Below, in pieces: positions 57,315 through 64,000 of a stretch of DNA of 64,000 nucleotides (position 1 is its first letter; every line of letters starts with the position of its first letter). Location: positions 267,768 through 331,767 of the forward strand of contig CAVROD010000004.1 in assembly GCA_963722795.1 (NCBI GenBank), read 5' to 3'. Origin of the DNA: an uncultured Actinomycetes bacterium (GTDB lineage: Bacteria > Actinomycetota > UBA4738 > HRBIN12). The notes under the pieces are model-generated. The model had not been told where the DNA came from. It was given only the letters and a program-made list of their open reading frames with translations, and did no database searches. Both the position numbers and the translations under genes were made by a program.

Positions 57315-58844
57315 TCAGGCGCTGCGGCGTGTCGCCGACATCGCCTGGATCGCGTCGGTCATGCGATCGATCACGACCTGCATGTCGTTGCCGACCCCCT
57401 CGTCGACACGCACGCTGAGCCGGTCGATCTTCTCGCCGAGCACCTCGGCCACCTTCACCATCGACTCGGTCGTGGACTGGGTCTCCTGGTGCAGCTGGTC
57501 GCTGATCGAGCGCAGGTTCGCGTCGACGCGGGTCTGCACGTCCTCGGCGAGGCCGGCCTGCAGCTCCTTGATCGCCCGCAGGGTCTGGCGGACGAGCTCG
57601 GCGTCGAGCGGCTCGCTCGGCGTGATCGGCTGCTGCTCGCGCACGGCCGAGGCCAGGGCCTGGTTGTCGGAGCGGATCAGCCGGGCGATCGCCGTCATGC
57701 GATCGTCGATGTGGGCGCGCATGCGCTCCTCGACGCCCGCCTGGCCCTCGGCCAGCATCTCGTCGAGCCCCTCGATCGAGCCGGGGGTGGACGACAGCGA
57801 CGAGGCCACGGTCTCGTTCACCGACGACGCCACCTCGGTCGCGATCGAGCCGAGCTTCTCGTCGATGCGCTCGGCGAACGCGGCCATGCGCCAGTCGACC
57901 GTCTCCCGGATCGTCTCGACCTGCACGTCGGTGCGGTCCTCGATCAGCTGCCGCAGCGCCTCGGAATCTGCCCGGATCAGCTGCGCGACGCCCATGATGC
58001 GCGCCTCGACGAGTCGCTCGATCGCGCCGCGCACCTGCTCCTGGTCGCGTCCGTGCAGGCCGACCTGCTCCGCCAGCAGCTCGAGCTGCTCGGCGACCGG
58101 GGCGATCTCGGTGGCGACCCGGTCCGCCACCGTCTGGCTGATGGTGCCGTCGTGAAGGGCGAACGCCTCGGCGTGCTCCTCGACCCGCTGGCTCAGCGTG
58201 CCCATCGCCTCGGCGCCGGTCTGCACGTAGGCGTCGATGGCCCCGATGACCTTGGCGGTCTCCTCGGCGAGCAGCTGTCCGTGTGCCTGCACCTGCTTGG
58301 TGACCGTCTGCACGATGGCGCGGTCGCGATCCTGCATCGTGGCGAGCGCGGCGGCGATGTGGTGCTCGACCTGTTCGAGCTGGGACCGCACGCCCTCGAC
58401 GCCGTGCAGCGTGGGGGAGTCGGCGATCTCGCGGATCGCGAGCAGCGATGCCTCGACCGCGTCGCGGGACGTGCGGCCGTGCTCGGCGACCTCGTTGACG
58501 GCGTCCTCGACCCTCGCCGAACGCAGCGCGAGTGACTGGAACCGCTCGTCGTTCGAGGCGATGAGCGTCTTGATCGTCTGGTCGCGTGAGAGCAGGGACA
58601 CGATGCGTTCCTGCTCGGGGCGCATGTCGTTGCCCGAGGCACGCCAGATCTCGCCGGCGATCTCGCGCATGAGGTCGGTCGCCTGCTCCTCGAGCGCTCG
58701 CAGACCTTCTTCGAGCTGCCCGTCGATCGACCTGCGCAGCGAGGCCGAGATGCGGTGCTCGCTGCTCGTCATGAGCTGTTCGTCGTCATCGTGTTCCAGC
58801 CGGCGGAACATGCTTCGCCGGGGGGTGCCGGACTGCTCTTCCAT
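57315..58844 (-). CDS. long alpha-helical/coiled-coil protein of unknown function
   Basis: About 510 aa, rich in E/A/R/Q/L with repeating ...VEE..A...L..Q segments. No hydrophobic segments. The start (MEEQSG) is uncertain. Confidence 0.55.
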   Translation of the reverse strand: MEEQSGTPRRSMFRRLEHDDDEQLMTSSEHRISASLRRSIDGQLEEGLRALEEQATDLMREIAGEIWRASGNDMRPEQERIVSLLSRDQTIKTLIASNDERFQSLALRSARVEDAVNEVAEHGRTSRDAVEASLLAIREIADSPTLHGVEGVRSQLEQVEHHIAAALATMQDRDRAIVQTVTKQVQAHGQLLAEETAKVIGAIDAYVQTGAEAMGTLSQRVEEHAEAFALHDGTISQTVADRVATEIAPVAEQLELLAEQVGLHGRDQEQVRGAIERLVEARIMGVAQLIRADSEALRQLIEDRTDVQVETIRETVDWRMAAFAERIDEKLGSIATEVASSVNETVASSLSSTPGSIEGLDEMLAEGQAGVEERMRAHIDDRMTAIARLIRSDNQALASAVREQQPITPSEPLDAELVRQTLRAIKELQAGLAEDVQTRVDANLRSISDQLHQETQSTTESMVKVAEVLGEKIDRLSVRVDEGVGNDMQVVIDRMTDAIQAMSATRRSA

Positions 58845-58936
58845 GACGTCTCTCGCGATCCGGGGCCGCCGCGGTGTCGTCCGCAGGAGCATAGGTCACG
58901 ACCTGGGCCGACTCACGCACCTGCGAGCAGTGAATC

Positions 58937-60592
58937 TCAGGGGATCTCGGTGGCCTGGCGGTCGGCTTCCCGGACCCCCGCAGCGTCGGCCGGGAAGCGC
59001 TCGAGGTGCTCTTCGACCCATGCCGCGGCTGCATCGTCGTCGCGAAGGAGCGTCTCCACGTCGGCGGCCCACAGCCGAACGTCGACGTCCCATGGATGTC
59101 GGATCACCGCGTCTCCGATGACGACCCGAGCTCGGTCGGCAGCGTCGGCATCCCCCGCCCGCCCATCGATGGCCAAGCGCAAGGCCAGTCGCTGGGCCGC
59201 ACTGACCCGCCACGGCTGCACTTCGAGGGCCTGCTCCAGTGCCCAGGCTTCCCCGTAGGTCCTGCCCCATTGCTCGAGCGTGGCACCGGCGATCATGATC
59301 GCTGAACCCACCAGGCAGACCGACAAGATGCTCGTGATGATGGCCGTCACCGGCCTGCTGACCTCGATCTGCTGATGCGCTCGCTCCCGCCCGCCGGCCA
59401 TGCTTGCGAACAGGAAGAGCAAGGGCGTCAGCACGAGGCCGACCGGCTCGACGAGGGCGAACGCCCCCAGGGCAGCTGCAGAGCCGAAGGCCCATGCACG
59501 GTCCGGCGGGCATCGCATCGCCCTCACGGCCATCAACAGGAGCAGCGCCAAGAGCACGACCGCAGCCGGGAAGCCCGATGTCACCGCCGTCTCGAGCACG
59601 ATGTCGTGCGCGTCCGCCCAGGTTCGCGTCGCCCGGGCGATGTCCTCCGGCCGAGCGGTGGCGAGGTAGGCGGACTGGGAGGAGCCGGGTCCCCAGCCGA
59701 GCGCCGGGCGCTCGGATGCTGCCCGTGCCATGGTGTCCCAGACCACGAACCGTTGCGAGTCTGTCGCCTGCTGCGCGAAGCCGCCGACGGCTTCGCCTCG
59801 GCCGGTGGTGTCGGGCAGGATCGATTCGCCTGCGAGTTGCCACACCGTCAGCGGCAGGACGACGCTCGCCAGGAGCACCGCCGAGGTGCGGCGCCCGATG
59901 CCCGATCGCCAGATCGTCGCGCCCGCCGCGATCAGCGGCACGACGATCGACGTCCGTTCGCCGAACGTCGCTGCGCCGAGCGAGAGCACCGCGACGGCGA
60001 GCACGACCCGACGAAGCGGACGTGATCTCGCCGCGCCGATCGCGGCGGCGATGCCGGCTCCGAGCAGCCCGGCGGCATACAGCTGATTGCCGAGCGTGGC
60101 TCCGATGAACTCCAGATCGAACCATGACGTCGTGAGATCGGGGAAGACGCGAACCGAGAGGCCGATGACCGCCACGACTGAGCATGACGCCACGAACCAT
60201 CGACGCGCTCGTTCGCGGAGATCATCCGGCACCGAGGCACCGACGGCCGCGAGGGCGACACAGCAGATGACCAGGATCGCACCCCCTCCCTCACCCTCGG
60301 TCCGCGCGGTCAGCCCTCGCATGACGTCGACCCCGGTGAAGGCAGAGATGACGACGAGCGTCGCCAGGATCACTCCGAGGGCCCCGAGACGGCGGTCGAT
60401 CGCGAGCCCGGAGGCCCACAGCGCCAGCGTGCCGCCCACGAGCACGACCAGCTTCGGGTCGCCGAAGGGGCTCGCCGAGAACGGCGTGAACACGAGCGGC
60501 AGGGCCACGACCAGCAGGAACACCCCGAGTTCGGCGAGCTGGGGGCGTCGGGCCGGCATGACCTGGCGCATGCTAGTGCCGACCTGTGGCAT
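58937..60592 (-). CDS. O-antigen ligase-like polytopic membrane protein with soluble helical C-terminal domain
   Basis: About 10 TM segments. A loop with GWGPGSSQSAYL...ADAHDIVLETAVTSGFPAAVVLL resembles Wzy_C. The C-terminal ~130 aa are TPR-like. Confidence 0.65.
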   Translation of the reverse strand: MPQVGTSMRQVMPARRPQLAELGVFLLVVALPLVFTPFSASPFGDPKLVVLVGGTLALWASGLAIDRRLGALGVILATLVVISAFTGVDVMRGLTARTEGEGGGAILVICCVALAAVGASVPDDLRERARRWFVASCSVVAVIGLSVRVFPDLTTSWFDLEFIGATLGNQLYAAGLLGAGIAAAIGAARSRPLRRVVLAVAVLSLGAATFGERTSIVVPLIAAGATIWRSGIGRRTSAVLLASVVLPLTVWQLAGESILPDTTGRGEAVGGFAQQATDSQRFVVWDTMARAASERPALGWGPGSSQSAYLATARPEDIARATRTWADAHDIVLETAVTSGFPAAVVLLALLLLMAVRAMRCPPDRAWAFGSAAALGAFALVEPVGLVLTPLLFLFASMAGGRERAHQQIEVSRPVTAIITSILSVCLVGSAIMIAGATLEQWGRTYGEAWALEQALEVQPWRVSAAQRLALRLAIDGRAGDADAADRARVVIGDAVIRHPWDVDVRLWAADVETLLRDDDAAAAWVEEHLERFPADAAGVREADRQATEIP

Positions 60593-60690
60593 GGTGGGGG
60601 AGCGGAGACCGCGGCCTTTGCCGTGGCCTCGGGGCGAACCCTATACTGACCCTTCCGAACGCGCCCCAACCGGGGTGGCCGAGGTCTCGG

Positions 60691-60764
60691 AGGCGCGTAG
60701 CTCAACTTGGTAGAGCACCGGTCTCCAAAACCGGGGGTTGGGGGTTCAAGTCCCTCCGCGCCTG
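60691..60764 (+). tRNA. tRNA-Trp (anticodon CCA)
   Basis: Acceptor AGGCGCG/CGCGCCT, D stem GCTC/GAGC, anticodon stem CCGGT/ACCGG with loop CT-CCA-AA, T arm GGGGG-TTCAAGT-CCCTC. Confidence 0.9.
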
Positions 60765-60779
60765 CAAGGGGAACATCGC

Positions 60780-61085
60780 ATGAACCGACAGATGAAGAGG
60801 ATGCAGGAGCGCGCCGAGCGCCAGAAGAAGCGCGGCGGCTCCGAGCGTGCGGCCGCGCCCACGGCGGCGGCTCGCCGTGCCCAGACGCCCGAGAAGCGCA
60901 AGCGCGCCGGCATCCGACAGTTCCTGCGTGAGGTTCGCCTCGAGCTCAAGAAGGTCGATTGGCCGAGCCGGCGCGAACTCGTCTCCTACACGGTCGTGGT
61001 GCTCGCCACGCTCATCGTGACCACGGCCTATGTCGCGGGGCTCGACTTCGTGTTCTCGAAGGCGATCCTCGACCTGCTGTCCTGA
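60780..61085 (+). CDS. secE: preprotein translocase subunit SecE
   Basis: Basic N-terminus then [48 protein letters not shown]. Conserved position tRNA-Trp/secE/nusG. Confidence 0.85.
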   Translation: MNRQMKRMQERAERQKKRGGSERAAAPTAAARRAQTPEKRKRAGIRQFLREVRLELKKVDWPSRRELVSYTVVVLATLIVTTAYVAGLDFVFSKAILDLLS

Positions 61086-61111
61086 CACAGAAAGAACCGC
61101 CAGGGAAACCC

Positions 61112-62194
61112 ATGGAAGACGTCAACACCACGCCCGACTCGCCCGTCGTCGATGCCCTCGACGATGGCTCCGATCCGCACGACCTCACCGACGACGCGCC
61201 CGCCGAGACGCCTGAGGAGTCGGTCGCCGAGGCTGTCGCCGACGCCGAGATGGTCCAGGCCGTCGCCGACGCGAGCGCCGACGTCGTGCTCGCCGAAGGC
61301 CTCGAGGAGGCGTCCACGCTGATCGACGCCGGTCAGCCCGACGAGGCCGAGGCAGTGCTCTCGCAATCGCTCGCCGACGCCGCAGGCGTCGAAGAGGTGG
61401 GCGCGGAGGTCGCCGAGGAGATCGTCACCGAGGCGGTCGGCCAGACTGAGTACCTCGCGATGGAAGCCGAGCAGGGCGACGGCGAGCTCGCACCCGGCAC
61501 GATGTCGTCCGCCGAGACCGCCGCCGCAGCGGAACCCGAGCCCGAGCCTGAACCCGAGCCCGAGCCCAAGGCTGAACCCGAGCCGGAACCCGAGCCGGAA
61601 CCGGCTCCCCAAGAGGCTGCCGCGGTCGACGCCGAGCCGGCTGCGTCCGACCCGTTCCGTGGCCCGGGCGAGTGGTACGTCGTGCACACCTACGCCGGCT
61701 ACGAGAACAAGGTGAAGACCAACCTGGAATCGCGCATCCACACGATGCAGATGGAAGGCAAGATCTTCCGCGTCCACATCCCCATGGAAGACGTGATGGA
61801 GATCAAGGGCGGCAAGAAGCAGATCGTGCAGAAGAAGGTCTTCCCGGGCTACCTGCTCGTGAAGATGGATTACGACAACGACTCCTGGTACGTCGTGCGC
61901 AACACGCCCGGCGTGACGGGCTTCGTGAGCGCCGGCACCGGCACGAAGCCGACGCCGCTCAGCAAGCGCGAGGTCGAGAAGATCCTCGTCGTGAAGAAGG
62001 AAGAGGTGAAGCCCCAGGTGCGCCTGGGATTCGACGAGGGCGACGTGGTCCGCATCATCTCGGGGCCCTTCGCCGATTTCAACGGCACGATCAGCGAGAT
62101 CAACGCCGACCAGGCCAAGCTCAAGGTGCTGGTCAACATCTTCGACCGCGAGACGCCGGTCGAGCTGGGCTTCGACCAGGTGTCGAAGGTCTAG
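61112..62194 (+). CDS. nusG: transcription termination/antitermination factor NusG with about 180-aa acidic N-terminal extension
   Basis: NGN domain [22 protein letters not shown]...[55 protein letters not shown]. Confidence 0.9.
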   Translation: MEDVNTTPDSPVVDALDDGSDPHDLTDDAPAETPEESVAEAVADAEMVQAVADASADVVLAEGLEEASTLIDAGQPDEAEAVLSQSLADAAGVEEVGAEVAEEIVTEAVGQTEYLAMEAEQGDGELAPGTMSSAETAAAAEPEPEPEPEPEPKAEPEPEPEPEPAPQEAAAVDAEPAASDPFRGPGEWYVVHTYAGYENKVKTNLESRIHTMQMEGKIFRVHIPMEDVMEIKGGKKQIVQKKVFPGYLLVKMDYDNDSWYVVRNTPGVTGFVSAGTGTKPTPLSKREVEKILVVKKEEVKPQVRLGFDEGDVVRIISGPFADFNGTISEINADQAKLKVLVNIFDRETPVELGFDQVSKV

Positions 62195-62291
62195 AGCGGG
62201 CTCAAGAGAGCGGAGCGTAGCCCGGAGAGTATCCACAACCGAGAGAGCGGGAGGCCTCACGGCCGCTTGCACCGCTGGAGGTGAACGCCAT

Positions 62292-62720
62292 ATGGCACCC
62301 AAGAAGGTGCTCGCGAACGTCAAGCTGCAGATCAGAGCCGGTCAGGCCACGCCGGCGCCGCCCGTGGGCACCGCCCTCGGCCAGCACGGCGTGAACATCA
62401 TGGAATTCTGCAAGCAGTACAACGACGCCACGCAGTCCATGAACGGCCAGGTCATCCCGGTCGAGCTCACGATCTACGAGGACCGCTCGTTCACGTTCGT
62501 CACGAAGCAGCCGCCGGCCGCCGAGCTCATCAAGCAGGCCGCGGGCGTCGAGAAGGGCTCGGGCGAGCCGAACCGCGAGAAGGTCGCGCGCCTCAGCCAG
62601 TCGCAGGTGCGCGAGATCGCCGAGAAGAAGATGGTCGACCTCAACGCCAACGACCTCGACAACGCGATGCGCATCATCGAGGGCACGGCGCGCAGCATGG
62701 GCGTGGAGGTGGACGCATGA
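62292..62720 (+). CDS. rplK: 50S ribosomal protein L11
   Basis: [44 protein letters not shown]... Confidence 0.95.
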   Translation: MAPKKVLANVKLQIRAGQATPAPPVGTALGQHGVNIMEFCKQYNDATQSMNGQVIPVELTIYEDRSFTFVTKQPPAAELIKQAAGVEKGSGEPNREKVARLSQSQVREIAEKKMVDLNANDLDNAMRIIEGTARSMGVEVDA

Positions 62721-63436
62721 CCACCACCCACGGCAAGCGCTACCGCAACGGCATCGCGGCCTACGATCACGAGCAGACGCACATGCCCGTCGACGCGATC
62801 AAGATCCTCAAGGCGCAGCCCGAGGCGAAGTTCGACGAGACGGTCGAGCTCGCCCTGCGGCTCGGCATCGACACCCGCAAGGCCGACCAGGCCCTGCGCG
62901 GCACCGTGTCGCTCCCCAACGGCACCGGCCGCTCGGTGCGCGTCGGCGTGTTCGCCGTGGGCGAGAAGGCCCGTGAGGCCACCGAGGCCGGCGCCGACAT
63001 CGTCGGCGGCGAGGAGCTGGTGGAGCAGGTGATGGGCGGCGAGATCGATTTCGATGCCGCCGTCGCGACCCCCGACATGATGGCCGCGGTCGGCAAGGCC
63101 GGGCGCGTGCTGGGCCCCCGCGGCCTGATGCCGAACCCGAAGACCGGCACGGTCACGAACGACATCGGCAAGGCGGTCGCCGACATCAAGGGCGGCAAGG
63201 TCGAGTACCGGGCCGACCGCACCTCGAACGTGCACATGGTGATCGGCAAGAAGTCGTTCGGCGAGCAGCAGCTGATCGAGAACTACCTCGCCGCCGTGGA
63301 CGAGATCCTGAAGGCGAAGCCATCGTCGGCCAAGGGCCGCTACATCCAATCCCTCACGCTCTCGTCCACGATGGGCCCCGCGGTGCGCATCGACCCCACC
63401 CGCCCGAAGGGCATGGACGCCCCGATCTCGGAGTGA
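62717..63436 (+). CDS. rplA: 50S ribosomal protein L1
   Basis: ATGA overlap with rpl[34 protein letters not shown]...[15 protein letters not shown]... Confidence 0.95.
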   Translation: MTTTHGKRYRNGIAAYDHEQTHMPVDAIKILKAQPEAKFDETVELALRLGIDTRKADQALRGTVSLPNGTGRSVRVGVFAVGEKAREATEAGADIVGGEELVEQVMGGEIDFDAAVATPDMMAAVGKAGRVLGPRGLMPNPKTGTVTNDIGKAVADIKGGKVEYRADRTSNVHMVIGKKSFGEQQLIENYLAAVDEILKAKPSSAKGRYIQSLTLSSTMGPAVRIDPTRPKGMDAPISE

Positions 63437-63562
63437 CGCTGTAGCCCGGCCGGGGGGTTTCGGTGCCTGCGGCGGGTGACGCGGCTTTGCAACTCGAATA
63501 GCCCGCGACAGCTTCAGTCCCCCGGGAAATCCCTGCGCTTCATCCCGGCCGTGTGTGGGCCG

Positions 63563-64000
63563 ATGATGCAGGCGCATATGGAATCCGTCAGCGACGCATC
63601 CGCTCGCCCCGCCCCGGAGGGTCTCGCCGGAGCGCTCACCACCATCGGCACCGGCGCCGCGATCCGCGCCGGCTGGAGGGTGCTGATCACCCTGTGCACC
63701 TTCACGACGACCGCTCTCGTGGTCCGTGCGGCGGGCGCGCAGCGGTACGGCGCGCTCGCATTCGGGCTCTCGATCGTCGGACTCATCGCGGGCCTGTTCA
63801 CAGGGCTCGCGACGGCCTCGAACCGGACGATCGCCGCCGCCCTCGCTCGGGGCGAACGTCCACACGACGAGATCCGTGCGCTCGCTGCAGTCGTCTTCGC
63901 CGTGGCGGGCTCGGGGGCCGCCGCGATCTTCTTGGCATTGGGTCTCACCCAACGCCAGCTCGATGGATCCGAGTTGTGGATCATCGGCGTGGCGATGTGC
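63563..64000 (+). CDS. polytopic membrane protein, 5' partial (runs off the window); possibly flippase-like
   Basis: Open frame from ATG 63563/63578 to the window end: MESVSDAS...WRVLITLCTFTTTALVVRAAGAQRYGALAFGLSIVGLIAGLFTG... The polysaccharide-biosynthesis-protein-like N-terminus is tentative. Confidence 0.45.
   Translation, partial: MMQAHMESVSDASARPAPEGLAGALTTIGTGAAIRAGWRVLITLCTFTTTALVVRAAGAQRYGALAFGLSIVGLIAGLFTGLATASNRTIAAALARGERPHDEIRALAAVVFAVAGSGAAAIFLALGLTQRQLDGSELWIIGVAMC

Noticed and set aside
62195-62291. L1-binding autoregulatory leader upstream of rplK
   Set aside because: It is plausible by analogy with other bacteria, but I could not identify a convincing 23S-mimic structure by eye, so it is not called.

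Overview
High-GC (hand counts about 68-72% in coding lines) actinobacterial-type chromosome segment. The right end (48.4-63.4 kb) is a conserved housekeeping array: tRNA-Thr, tRNA-Met, tuf, rpmG, MaoC/Had-like dehydratases, tRNA-Trp, secE, nusG, rplK, rplA, split by accessory insertions. The left end (0-12 kb) holds an ECF sigma factor, a SagB/nitroreductase-like dehydrogenase, an SMP-30-like propeller, a badly frame-broken PotD/B/C-type ABC importer, an AAA ATPase and a DUF192 protein. The centre (12-47 kb) is one large cell-surface/accessory region with four parts. (i) A tightly coupled plus-strand operon: BY-tyrosine kinase, an Asn-synthase-like protein with no Cys nucleophile, an ABC-2 exporter, two methyltransferases, a pyruvyl transferase, a PIG-L deacetylase and a GT2. 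(ii) A lasso-type RiPP maturation module: an unlisted 48-aa precursor, a PqqD/B1 protein, a B2 protease, an HPr-kinase-like kinase, an NTP_transf_5 nucleotidyltransferase and a P4H-like 2OG oxygenase. (iii) Five sulfotransferase genes within 4.7 kb. (iv) A minus-strand Wzx/Wzy/GT operon, preceded by an array of paralogous secreted modular proteins (GSDH-like or Kelch propellers, TSP3 repeats, a shared C-terminal module, malectin/beta-helix). The most interesting item is the RiPP module. Its precursor has a textbook lasso leader and a C-terminal Ser, but its core has no Asp/Glu at positions 7-9 and no cyclase gene is adjacent. The core is Pro/Lys-rich and carries an acidic DEY motif, next to oxygenase, kinase, nucleotidyltransferase and sulfotransferase genes. 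Many genes, tuf included, carry frame breaks; the four junctions checked by hand sit at short G/C runs. The breaks cluster strongly by region, so genes listed as pseudogenes may be assembly artefacts. Coordinates of frame-broken genes are approximate. All calls rest on manual translation and motif recognition only; no searches were run.
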